NCBI GenBank assembly: GCA_976226885.1
Contig: OZ320320.1
Location: 64,790,001 to 64,854,000 of the forward strand
DNA from: Iphione sp. A-MEVVRFRX5
Lineage: Eukaryota
DNA length: 64,000 nucleotides
Reading direction: 5' to 3'
Positions within the stretch are counted from its first letter, which is position 1, and each line of letters opens with the position of its first letter. Shown piece by piece: positions 1 through 12,539 of the stretch. The translations under genes were made by a program, and so were the position numbers. The notes below the pieces were generated by a model. The model saw nothing but the letters and a program-made list of their open reading frames with translations. It had not been told where the DNA came from and did no database searches.

Positions 1-1854
1 ACCAGCTAGCCTGTTCCTAATTCTACTTTCTATCTACTACTCACGTGTGAAGGCAAGATTCGAAGCTCCCTCTTTTTCTTCTAAGGGCCTACCGATAGAA
101 CATTAAGCAGTGAATGTAGTCCCTGCAGCTGCCAATCAGAGGGGTCAGGCAATAGTAGCTGAAGGCAGAACTTAGGTTTGGTATGCTGAACTAGATTGCA
201 GACTAAGTCTGCCACGTTCTCGTGATGAAGGGTTAAGGAGTGTTTTCATATTGTTTTGAAGTGAAAGATATTGAACGTAATTTTGCCAGTTGTCCGAAAG
301 GTGACTGTATCTTATACAGCATCAAAAGGCGCATGCTGGATTGAATTACTTTCTAAATCTCTATTTTTCAGAGTATTTTTAGATTCTATAGATTTAATAC
401 TCACAAATAACATTTCTAGTGTAATGCCTGATGTCAACCGTTAATCCACCATATTTGAGCCTCGGGGCTTCTCTCTCTTCATACAATAATTCATATCCTT
501 TGAAAAATCAATATTATCTTTTTGTTCACGTTTTTTGCGCAATGGTCCAGGGGTACTCATAGAAATGTGATTGGAAATCTATACAAGTGTGCTTTTGATT
601 ACAAGTGGTGGTTGTTTGATAAAAAAAATGATGGCGGGGAATGTTGCTCGAAATAAATCGTTCGGGTGATGTAGCTACACAAAACGAGCGACTTGTTTCC
701 CTACTTTATTGTATGTGCTTTTTTAACGCTCAGAAAAAACGAGCCTCCTCTCAGGCTGGTTCTGAACTGAGGCATGTCGCTTATGATCAATGGCGGGATA
801 ACTTAAATACAAACACAAAGGAGGAGTTGTAGGGAAAAAAGTCACACACCCACAAAGGCAAAAGAAAGGGATGTCCATGGTGAAATTAACTCTCCACCAC
901 CAAGCGTCAGAATAGATGATCATTTTATATGCCATGTGGTTAGATAAAACGGTGTCTGTGTGTTGGGTAAGCTCTACTGCATGTTTTGTGTCAAGATTTA
1001 CATGGAATTAATTGGTTTATCCCGGCCATTCCACTCCCGTCCATTATCCAATCCCGTTCCCTTATCTAGCGTCAACAGATGCATTTAAACTACTTAAACA
1101 TTTCTTTCGGGTACCTTGGATGCCTTTTTTGTGCTTGCTTCATCTTAATTTGATTTTGTTTTACGTGAAGCATCCACTTAGAATTGACAGGTCTGGGTGC
1201 TGCCTGCAGCACCTTGGTGTTATCTCATTGGAAACGGAGTGTTATTCGTAGACCATCGAAATTCATCGAGCACTTGCGCGCGTCGGTTTCACCTTTATGA
1301 TATCACATGAAATTATTAATCTAGTATAGCCAATGGCAAAAGGCTCACAAATTACGGGAACTTCTTTTCTGATACTATAAAATGTAAATCTTTAGGCTTC
1401 TTACTCATTCTGAACGTTAAACTCCGTCTGCCGATTGTTAGTGTAGTACAACAGCGGTTCGAAAATAGTCCACAAGATAGAGGAACCAGTACTTTGGGAC
1501 GGGTTTATTCCATTTAATTTCCATTTAATTTCTGAACTATTGTCCATATAGTTTGGAGACGCACACTATATGCATCATCGCATTTTCCCATTATCCATTT
1601 TGTATTGTCTTGCTACGTAAAGAGCATCTCGAATTATTTCGTCCTGATAATAAATCATAGAAGTGTACATGTAGAGCAGTTGGGATGGTTGGGCTTCGGT
1701 TTGCCATTATGTAGGAATTAAGTGTAATGCTACATAATCTCGACAGTAACTGCCTCACTAAGGCCAGTGTAGAGAATGGGATGACAGGTCATACCATGCT
1801 GGAGAAAGGGGCAGCCGTGCAGGTTCTTTATAGGAGTTGACAGGTCTAATATAT

Positions 1855-2078
1855 GCCGACACCTCCAGTCAGGAACTGTTGAGAGAGACAGCGAGGCAGT
1901 AGTTTACTAATTGAAGAATCCACAATGTGTGTCAGCATGTTATTGAAGAATATTTCCATTCTTTTAGCCGACAGCTCCAGTCAGGAACTGCTACGAGAGA
2001 CAATGAGGCAACAGTTCACTAATTGAAGAATCCACAATACGTGTCAGCATGTTATTGAAGAATATTTCCATTCTTTTA
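1855..2078. repeat. Tandem duplication, 2 x 112 bp
   Basis: GCCGAC..CTCCAGTCAGGAACTG...GTCAGCATGTTATTGAAGAATATTTCCATTCTTTTA occurs at 1855-1966 and again at 1967-2078 with scattered substitutions. Confidence 0.9.
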
Positions 2079-5000
2079 TGAAGGTCAGTATGGGAAGTGG
2101 AGCCAAACGAGGTAATATCCTGCATTTGGTGGAGTTTCCTATTCTGACTGAGTGGGCTATTTATATCTGCACGCTATAAATGTATTCTGTCTATTATACT
2201 CCTTCAAAATAAATTTAAAAGCCTTTCAAACTTAAATTTTCACCCGATAAAGAGGGTCACAATGTTTACCTTCGTCACCATGATGAAAACTAGCCAGTTA
2301 GGAGATTTTGTCACATAAATGGGACTTTTAGATATAAAAACCAAAAGAATAGACTGAATTGAGCATGTACACATATGTTAACAGCGTAAAAATTGAGTAA
2401 TAAGGCTTAATTTTCGAAGTATTTTCATCATTTGTGGTGTCGTAAGTGGCAGACGATCTCAAAGCCTAAGCTTCAAACATAATAAATAGTCACAAAGGTT
2501 AAGTGGCCCAAGATGGCAGGCAGTCTGTTTTTGAAACATAATGATAACAAACCTCATCCAATGGTAATGAATAATAAGGATCCAAAACCATTGTATTTCA
2601 CTTGGTAGGGTCAATTAAAAAATATTTCATCTAGTTCAGGAAAAATTCATTCGAGGCAGTGCAGATGGTGTGCAGATACTATGAGACTACATAGACAGTG
2701 AGCTGATAAAACCGGCCAGACAAGACCTGTAGGTAGGAAGATTGGAGCCAAACGAGCCTGCAGGGAGAGTTCAGCATAGTTCTTCATATCCACCGATATC
2801 CGCCAATTATTTTAGTTCACTGTCTATGTATTCTTTTATTATATGGTCATGCAATGAGTGTGGACATACTACAAACTGATTTTCTATTTTAATAGTCTTC
2901 TTCTCCAGTCTGTTGTCTGTAGGGAAGTGCTATCTGGTCACATGATACTTCGATTTTTAAGAGTGGGCATGCCCGCTACAATGGAAGTTGATAAAATCAA
3001 CATGGCAGTCAGCGTATATTTGTAGCAGATCGATTGAAACTCTTTCAAAAGGTGATATTGCACCCTTCTAAATGCAAGAAACATGGTTGACACAAACCTT
3101 TTAAAGGGAGTTGGTGAAATATTTAATATTTTGGCTAGTCCACAAAAAGATCTGCTAGAAGCAGCAAGGTAGAACGTCTGTAAACTCCACGGTGGTCCGT
3201 ATAGCTAGCTGTAGGGAATCAGTATCTTCATACAATTTTATGGCTCTGTATCGGTCTAACCATAATAATAAATGTTGATATGTTCACAGTGTGCTGTACA
3301 CACTTATGAAAAACCCATGGTATGGGAGCAAAAAATAGTCGCTGAATCTGCATAGGAGTATAATAAATGTACAAACGTGCATCAATGCATTTTAATTCAT
3401 AAAATGTATTTGTTCCAAGAAGACATTCTATATAACAGGAATGCAGTAGCAAACCGTGGAACCTTCTGTGTTGCGGTAATAAAGATGAAAGCTTCTTTGT
3501 GTTGATTGACAGAACATGTATGTGGAAATGGTGACCTGTACAATGTCGTCTTCTGTCATGGCCGGGACGGCGCCTCCACTGTTTTAGTCACTAATTTTCT
3601 TGTCCTTCACCTCCATTTGCATATCTATCTCTCGTTCTCTATGCCTCTCAGCTTGCTTCTTTCAGCCCCTCTCTCATAGCTCGTGTCATCTCATTTTGAC
3701 GTATCATTTAAATCTAGAAAGCCTAAGATATAACGGGAATACATCCCACATCAATTCGTGCTTACCTTTCCTTGTGCAGATCAATACCGCTAGGGTCCGC
3801 TGGCCTTTTCGGAGCGCCTCCCCCCTCCCCACCAATGTGGTGGTGCAGCCAACCCGAAAGGACAAAGGCGAAGAATGTCCATTCCAGTAGAAATATTCTC
3901 ACCGGATCTTACGGTTCCGTTCGACCACAGCTGCCAACTACCGTTGGAATGCTTAGAGTCAGGAACTGATGCTTGTTTTTCAGGACCTTTTATTTCGTTT
4001 GAACAACGCTAGAGGCTTTGGTCACCGGTGCCTGGCCTGTTATCTGACACGAAGAGGGGACTATTTTGACCCTAGTGATTGTGATCAGGAGGCCAAACCT
4101 TGAGAGAGATGGTGGTATACAACGTGTGAATGTGGTAATTATAGTCAATCTGTACGGCATGAGACACATTTTTTTTAAAACGTCTGTAGATAAACAATAT
4201 GGCAACTTTATTTCGTTGCAGACCGTAGTCAATTTGCAAAGGCCTATATGTCAGCCACGATTAGGTTTTTCTCCTGGACAACATTTCTGTTCCTTAAATC
4301 CCTCTATTTATTGAATCTCCTTTATTTACCTTGATGTTCTTTTCTATATATCTCCCTTGTGTAGTGCGTCATGCGTGCCCTCCTTTCAATATCTGAGTTT
4401 GCATACCGGTATCGCTTATTTTTTCTCCTTCCCACTTCGCTTTTCTCTTTCTCTGGCTCGCACTTTTTCACCTGACTTGTTACTCTACCTCAGTCTGCAA
4501 CTATTACACATTTTTTGCGTTGATATACTTTAGCATCTTGTTCCGACTTCCCCATCCTTCGTATGACCCAGCCTCCTTCTATTTCTATTCGTCCTCCCTT
4601 CTCTATAGGAGAACCCTCTTGTCTAGCTCACACCCACTGAGCGCTCCGCCTTTTCCTTTTCCACGTACCCATCAAGTCATCCCCTGCCATTAGCCACATG
4701 CTAGCAGAGGCCGATATCTCCACTGTACAGTGGGTCGGACTAGCCCCAAACCCCCTCCCACATCCTACCCCAAGCTGCGCGTGCGTAAGAGCACCCACTT
4801 CCGCCGGCGTTTGTCGCGGGGACTCCGTGCCTTTAATCCTCGTCAGAGGGAAGGCAGCCCATGAAAGAGATAGAAAGGCAAGGGTGCCTACAGGGTGGGT
4901 TATTGGAAGGGGTAAGCAGGGCCCAGGGGGGAATGGGCCCCCATACAAGAAACCAGTCGGTGGGGAGGTTGGGAATGGGGACCACCTAGAAAGAGACGGT

Positions 5001-6037
5001 GGCAAAATGGCGGGTCTAGCAATAAGGTAGAATGCAGGGAAAGATGAAAAGTAAGGGGCTGTAGGGAACAACAAGGAAAGGGGAGGTAGTAAGGGTGGAT
5101 AGTAGGGGTGGTGGGGTTGTGGTGGTGGTGGTGGTGTTGGTGAACAATGGATAGGCCTGCATAGCAAGTAATGCAATGTTTGTGTGAGAGAGGGAACAAA
5201 GCGACTTACGAATTGACGGGTGGTATTCTACATTCTGTACTTTCAAAATGTATAGAAAATGCAGCGGGGACAGGATGTTCAGGAGATAAGACAGAACGGT
5301 GAAGAAATCTCTCTAGATAAAGCTTGTAAGATGCTGACAATAGCAGTGAATTCTTAGCACCCCATCAACTAAAACACATGGTCCTTTACAGAACAAGGAC
5401 GCCCCGCACTGGGGAGTGTAGGGCTTCCCTGGTCTGTCGCCTTTGTGACGGCCAGTGTTAGGCATTCATAATGTTAGGGGAACATCTGGCGTATGTAAAG
5501 AATCATGTATTATAGATGAGAGCAAATGCCTCTTAGGCATGGGTTCCTTCTGAAGAGGTCACCCGGCTTGTATATATATTTTGATAGACCCATCAAAGTT
5601 TTGGCATAATTTTAGTCGCTGCTTTTACCAAACGCTTCTACAGCGTGCGCATATTTAACCTCCCGTATCAACTCATTCTACTGGGGGGAGGGGGGAAGAA
5701 CTGATCAATATGGACTGTAATGGTAAAGTTCAAAAAGTAAAATCACAAAAAGTCATCGGGTTTGCCATTCAAACGTTTTTTTCTCCATGCACTGGTAAAG
5801 CCGGCAATGTTTAACCTTCACACTGCTACATGCCCTCCTCGTGTGACATACCTACTACTGCTTCTGTTGAGCATTTTCCTGTGGCCATTAGGGAGAATGG
5901 TATTATTGTTTCCTTGCTAGCTCCACATTCAACAAATGGACTTCATTGAAATGTTTGCCATATAAGTTAGATGGGTACGGTACCATGATCTGCTGATGAG
6001 TATCAAAGGAATATATTTCATAACTTACTCTGCAAGC

Positions 6038-6366
6038 TAAGGCATTAAAAAGTTCTGTGTTTCTGGTAACATGCTGAAAAAAGAGGGTCGGTCGGCAGGT
6101 GCCTTTTTTTTCTTTTTTTCAATGTTAATTAGTTCTCAAGGTAACAAATGTATATGGTAAGATGAGTTTTGCTGCTTAGGTCTTAATTAAATATATATCA
6201 AATAAAAGCCGAAAATGTAAGCAACAAAATGATGTTTAGTACGGGTCTCTATCATGATTCATTCTGACGTTATTTAAAAAAAGGAAACAATAAAAATTCA
6301 CAATTGTCTCCAATGTAAGGTCAGTCAGGTTACCAGAAACACAGAACTTTTTTTCATTAGGCCTAA
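6038..6366. mobile_element. MITE / non-autonomous DNA transposon, copy 1
   Basis: Perfect inverted repeat AGTTCTGTGTTTCTGGTAAC (6051-6070) / GTTACCAGAAACACAGAACT (6329-6348), with TAAGGC...TTAGGCCTA outer ends. The interior is homologous to 11771-12100. Confidence 0.8.
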
Positions 6367-6471
6367 TATCTAGTGAAATATCAGAAAACATGCTTTTATC
6401 AAATGTAAAAGGCCTGCAAACAGGCAGTTTCGGGCAAATTTTGGGTGCTCTAACTCAGCATTTCATTTCAT

Positions 6472-6821
6472 GGGAAGTTAGCTCAGTGGTAGAGCACTGG
6501 TCCACTGATTGAGTGGTGACAGGTTCAGCCCCTGGCTTTGGACTCTTAATCACAAACAGACAGACTTACTGTAGCTCCAACTCAGAGTGGTCGGAAACTT
6601 GTTAAAAAAACCTTGGGTATATAGGACCCCATCCCCCATGTACAGAAAGACCCCCTAAACCTATTTAAAATAAGTGTAGATAGTCTACCCCAGATATTCT
6701 GGCCTCTCAATTCTCAATAATAGATGTTAGTATGCTACCTCAAGGAGATATGAAAGAACCCTGTCATATGAAAGGTGAATATCTAGTTCCTGGTAAAATA
6801 TACAATTAAACAAAATAAAAA
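6472..6821 (+). mobile_element. tRNA-derived SINE, copy 1
   Basis: Head has a Pol III A-box (AGCTCAGTGGTAGAGCA) and a degenerate B-box (GGTTCAGCCCC). The body CTCTCAATTCTCAATAATAGATG...GTCATATGA...TAGTTCCTGGTAAAA is shared with 45948-46234. A-rich tail. Confidence 0.75.
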
Positions 6822-9800
6822 TTTGGCCACGTTTGAACAGTACAGTACACAGCGTGACGGGGGGCAGTAGAACGGAACATATAGCGACTAAACCTTGTCG
6901 AGGCCCGGCTTAATGTGCTTTTCCCCTTTTAATCGAGAGGCATAGGGCAGGAGATGCACCACCTGACAAGCCCCAAGCCCCTCTGCATCTCCTGCACCTA
7001 AAAGCATTGATAAACACGTCCCGAACATAAGGGCCCGTGTACCGAAGTGGGGGGAGGGGGTTGAATCGTCATATTCAAGTTCACGTAGCGGGCATGGGCT
7101 TCTGTAAGATAATCCCTCGGGCATTTCGTAGACAAGGTAGATAAATGTGGGGCAGTGCTCTGTTTAGTCGGAGTTGCAACCACATATTCTCTGTGTATCA
7201 GGTCAATAACTACTATAAAATATATGCATATAGCACTAAAGTAATCTCTCAAAAGGTATATACATATATATATATATATATACGCAAGAGGCATTATATG
7301 GACATTCAAGTGGTTTGAATCATGTAACATCAATTTCCTAATTTGAAATACTGTTTTGTCCCTGAACAATCTAGAAATCAAATGCTTTATTTGTTCAGGA
7401 TTTATTTACTTTCAGCAGGCGAGTTGCTAGTACATCCACACCTTTTCGTCCCTCCTCAACGCCCGTGCATGCGCAGATCAAAGTCACGTGACGGTGAGAT
7501 GTAAACCCTATTGGCCAGGCGCGCTGCTTTGGTGAGACGTATTATCGAAAGGTTTTCGGGCGATAATGGAAGAAAATGTCGCTCCATGTCCGCTGGGCGG
7601 CGCCACCTGACCTTATAAAGGCACCACCCAATGAGTGCGCCTGTCGCCGCCAGAAGGCGATAGCTGGCCTTTTATACCCTTTCTTGTTTTTTCCCCTCTC
7701 CACTTCCTCGTTCTCTTCCTCTTCTTCCTCCATGTCAGCTTTTCTTGGAAGTGTTTTGGTATTCACCCTCTTTCGAAGGGTGAATATCAAAGCTAACAAG
7801 GCAATTGCAACGCCTAGGCGCAGAGAGTTTTTCATGTTCTTCGTTTTAATAGCATAGCTTATAGTGAGAGCCGTTGGCTAAAAGCCATTAAATGGGCTTG
7901 ATAGCTGCCGACCTTGCATGATGAGGGCCACCCAGAGGCAAACATACACCGAGGTTTCTCGGGAGAAGAGGAACAGTGTTACAATCAAGACAAATATAAA
8001 CAAGTTAATAATTCAACCGAATACACTGCATGCGATCAATCTACAAGTAGCAAGAAAAGTGACCAAAAGGAAAGATACAGACCTGTTGAAAAGTGTCTGC
8101 TTTGATGTTTGTCTGACATTTAAAGGTAGACAGTAAATTTTGATGGGACATCCGTCATGGAAGTCACAATGGGCAAATTTCGTAGAAACGTCAAACGTAT
8201 GTTAGCCCTATTTTCAGAAAAGAACTTAACAGGTGTATAGAAAAGCGAGCATTTGGCAGGGGCAAAAAAAGATATGGATAGATAAGGGAAGCGTAGCCGT
8301 GTGTATAAAGCAGATAGGAGGAAAGTACTTGCTGGACAAAGAGTTTGCCTACCATCAATCAAACGATTGGACAACTTTCTCTACTTGTCGGCGAAGTCAC
8401 GTGCTTTCTTTCCTGTCACTCGTTTTTAAATTTTTGATAACGATATTATTCGATTTTCCCGGCCGCAAAGGTTAGTGGGAGGGGGGAATGGGCATGCCTG
8501 TGGGCAGATTTGGAACTGATCTGACAGCTATTGCATGGTTGTCTAGGCGTGTACAAGAACCGATCACAAAGCGTCTTATGCGGAGGATGCGCCTCAGATA
8601 GGACAGGTCTCCGTAACAAAGGAAAATGTACGTCCTTCCAAGTGTACGGAATGCAATTAGATACGCCGTCAATGAAAGACGTCCTTAATGGAAGAGTTTC
8701 GCAATCGAGCACTCATCCATACCATTAAGATGATGATGATCCAGGACAAAGTTTTCTTGTCTGATACATACGCTTCCCGAGACATTATATATCTGATACG
8801 TTTAACTTGGCTTGGTAAAAACAGTAGGAATAGATAAAAACCGCTACAATTATGCATCGTTTCTTTAGGAATTTAACGAATTAACCGACACCTCTGCAGT
8901 GATTGTTATTAAAGACAAAGATAACTCATGCAATGAATGAAATGAATGACACATAATAAAGTTGCAGTATTTATCAGGACCGTTATGTTTTGACAATAAA
9001 ATGGTGTTGGTATTTAAAGGGGTTTGTCGTGGATATTCCGCATTTGGAGATTTCAAATGGTTATTACTGGGCATTTTGGACTCACGCCACCAATTCTCAA
9101 AAAAAAATTCTGCACTATGTGATATGTTCTAATGTGTTAGAGATTTGAATAACTTGTACGTATGCACTTTGGCACTTCGAAGTCTTACATATTAGACTGC
9201 ATAAATCTTATGCTTTTTAGGTGTCTACGCACATAAAGATTATAGTCTTGCAATACGTACAGCCAAGTAACCCTGTAAATCATCGTTATCGTGTTACATG
9301 GTGCTATAAAACAATACTAAACGCGCAGAATGTGTCACGTCGACTAACAACTGCTCAAATAAAATACAGAGGAGATCGACGAGAAAATAAATGGCTGTCG
9401 GAGGTTTTTATGATTTGTGGCAAACAATGCCCCCAACATAGTCCCAAGATGCTCCCCCATGACAACCAGAGGGTCAGAGGTCATTCTGGGGAGCCCCCTT
9501 GCGGGCACTGAAGGTAACCACCGTGAGCATTCCATTACGTGGATTGCACCCAGCCACATTGTATGAGCCAGTGACCTTAGCGAGGGAGGTGGATTGACAG
9601 TAAAGTACGAGGGCAGGGCTGGAGGACACGTGCGCTAAAGTATGGACTGTATCACAACCTGCAGACGATAGACACTAGTTAACATTGAAAGACGAAATCG
9701 AGGCATGGGTACCCGTGCAGGCATTTTGGTTCCATTCAAACTAGTTTCATATCCTATAGGCAACCAATTTCACGTGATGTGGTCTCAATTTTCCAGTTTC

Positions 9801-11770
9801 CATCATTAGTAGATTTTTTTTAAATGTGTATTATGTTTATAAAATAAGAACACTTAAACATATAGCTGTATCAATATGACGTTATGTTCTCAATAAAATA
9901 TTGAAATTGAAATTATAGGAATTCCCCACCACCTGACCACTAGGGGTACCTTGTGGGAAATGTTGGAGCTACATGTATGCCTTCTCCACAGAGATAGCAT
10001 TTTCATTTAAACTTTAGTGAATTTCTACATCAAGGGAAAATGTACACATTTGTTTGATGAATCGTCTGCTTCACATGCACGGAAAGACGGAAAGAGGAAA
10101 CACTAATCCTGATGGGAACTAGTGGCTAAACTGGTGCCCATGCCTCGGTTTCGACTTAAGATGTGAACTAGTATCGGCCGCCTGGCAAAGGGGGGGGGGG
10201 GCGGTATTGTTTTTCTTAGCATCGATCTCTTCTCCGTTATTTCAAAGTCTATAAGTGCCAATCTTTGTTCAAAAGGAAGGAACAAGATGTCTGCGTGGTT
10301 GTGTGGAGATTGAAGAGGAAGTACTGTCGGCGGTATACTTGGCGAAGCACCTGCTCACCTAAGGGTTTTTGCCGTATGCAGCAAACAAATATTTATTATG
10401 GGACATATCACTCAAAGTCCAATTACATTATGATAACGCTTGTATGTCTGAGAAAGCGATACCGGAAGATCACCACCATATATCTGAATGTCCATCTTCT
10501 TATTTTCAAATATCTATCCTGTGTGAGTAAGACTGTCGTGATATTTATCAGATGTCATTAAGCGCAGCGGGAGCAGCAGCCGCATCTTGTCTTTTCATAT
10601 ATGATAAACCGTTGCATTCTATTCCCTTCGTCGACTCCCCACATGCCCACCGGTCGATCCACTTTCTACCCACTTGACGGCCGGTGACCGTGCGATCTGA
10701 GGCATTACTCAAGGCTGAGTGGAGTAGAAACGTCAGAAAGATGGCGGTATGACACCATTTTCACGCCTAGATTTGTGATAGGCTGGAAGGCTCGCTGGAA
10801 GGGGAAGGGGCAGGCATCACCTAACCAAGCAAAGTGCTGATGACCTTGAGCACCGGGTGTGGTCTGATAAGGACTAATGATTGGACCGCCGCTGGGTCCG
10901 AGCTCTGGTGCTTTTAAGCTTCCTCGACACTGCAATTCAACTGGAACAGGACGTCATCACTAAAACCTCCACGTTTTGTTGTTCCTCTGGCGATCCACGC
11001 TCCAACGTTCCGTCAACAATTGTCGGTGTGAAATTTGGTGGTTTACCGAGAAGGATTAGTTCTGCAGATCTCAAATGCACACATAATGCATTATTCCCGA
11101 GTGATTCTCTTGTACCATGTCAAACGTGGGTAAAAAGTGAGTGATTCGAGGTCTCGAACGCTCTCGTCGACGTTTTCTTCCTCATCGCTGGGCAGGCCCT
11201 ATTCGATAAAAGTATAAAAGTACAGATTGAGGTCGGCCGAATCATCTGACTCTTATGAAGGGTGTCAGAGCTTGCATGAGCTGCTGTGTGTCATTCACTC
11301 GTATATTCCTCCCTTTCACACGCACTGTCTCCTGGTTGGGATGAATTTTAGCTCACACAATGCAGAGATATCATAATAAGCCTCTATTTCATTGCCTAGT
11401 TCAAACATATTAGGTATATAGACAAAAAGTATAAGCGTAACGTGAGCGACATCTCGGGGTACATATTACATGGGACATTCTCAGATTTACTCATTATAAT
11501 CGTGACGGTAAAGTCCTATAATTGGTAGAGGTCAATCCAAAGTCCATTGCTGTTCTTGACAGATTAGTGGAGGTCAGTATTTACAAAGCAAAGGAACTAA
11601 CACATCCAGGTTATCATTTCATACTTGATTCCTTCAAGTAAAAATCGGTAATTATGTCTGGGATCTAAAGGTGAACAGCAAATAGCAAATTATAATCACA
11701 TTAATTTTTGTAACTACATGGAACTGTTAGGTTTTGAAATAAATTCAGTAAAACAAATTACCTAAAGGAA

Positions 11771-12100
11771 TAAGACCTAAAAAAAAGTTCTGTGTTTCTG
11801 GTAACAAGCCAAAAAAGAGAGGGTCGGTCAGTAGCTACTATTTTTCTCTTTTTCTTTTGTTTTCTATGGTAATTTAGGGTGGTAGGAAGAAAATGTCTAT
11901 GGTCATATCACTTCTAATACTTAGATTTTAATGAAACTTATGGCAAATAAAAGCTAGTAACCTGGGGAGTAATTTGGTGTATAGATCATTATTCATTCTG
12001 AAGTTATTCAAAAAACAAGAAAAAAGTTAAAAGTTACAATTGGCTGCAATGTAGAGGTGGGAGGGTTACCAGAAACAGTTATTTTTTTGTTTAGGCTTAA
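11771..12100. mobile_element. MITE, copy 2 of the family at 6038-6366
   Basis: TAAGACCTAAAAAAAAGTTCTGTGTTTCTGGTAAC ... GTTACCAGAAACAG...TTAGGCTTA. Shares internal motifs with copy 1 (GAGGGTCGGTC, AAATAAAAGC, ATTCATTCTGA, ACAATTG). Confidence 0.8.
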
Positions 12101-12209
12101 GTCCAAGTATTCAAAGAATAATGAAAACATGGGAAACGGATCAGATTGAAGGATAATGTTTTCCCATTAATGGGGCCTTCGGCAAAGGAGGCTTTGGTGA
12201 AAAAAATAT

Positions 12210-12520
12210 TGTTGGAGCCACTGCGTGGCTGCGGCACCGCGGCACACGAGGGGTGCTGCGGCACAGTGGATTGGACTGGTAGGGTGCAGCGGCACGCCCC
12301 CGTGCGGCACTCGTAGGGGTGCTGCGGAGTAGGAGGGGTCCGGTACCCGGATGCTGAAGAGACTGGGGTCGGGTATATAAGGGAGTTGGCCCACCCGGGC
12401 AGTTCAGATTACCTTTGGTGCTCACTGTTGGTGCTCACTGCTTATGCTCATATTGTTCTTACTGAATAAACCTCATTATCTTAACTGGAGTTATGTCTTA
12501 CTTGCGGAGCCGACGTTACA
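12210..12520 (+). repeat. 5' LTR
   Basis: TGTTGGAG...GACGTTACA; TATATAA at about 12374; AATAAA at about 12465; 3 mismatches against the 3' LTR by manual comparison. Confidence 0.97.
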
Positions 12521-12521
12521 T

Positions 12522-12539
12522 TGGTGGCAGGGGTGGGAT
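12522..12539 (+). promoter_or_regulatory. Primer-binding site, tRNA-Leu
   Basis: TGGTGGCAGGGGTGGGAT begins 1 nt after the LTR. It matches the complement of the tRNA-Leu 3' end (TGGTGGCAGCGGTGGGAT, from memory) with one mismatch. Confidence 0.8.

Noticed and set aside
222-236. AGGG|TTAA resembling a piggyBac right end (similar TTAACCCT at about 41912 and 43968)
   Set aside because: No partner TIR found; about 2 such 8-mers are expected by chance in this much AT-rich DNA.
4628-5246. Overlapping Pro/His/Thr-rich ORFs up to 182 aa
   Set aside because: They arise from GGT/purine-rich low-complexity sequence; no domain motif or convincing splice structure.
6472-6545. tRNA gene
   Set aside because: The cloverleaf is degenerate and continues into a body shared with a second copy, so it is a SINE head. 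The same applies to 45948-46020.
7900-11250. Protein-like patches suggesting a decayed transposase
   Set aside because: Frames are broken and I could not recognise any diagnostic motif; a translated search is needed.
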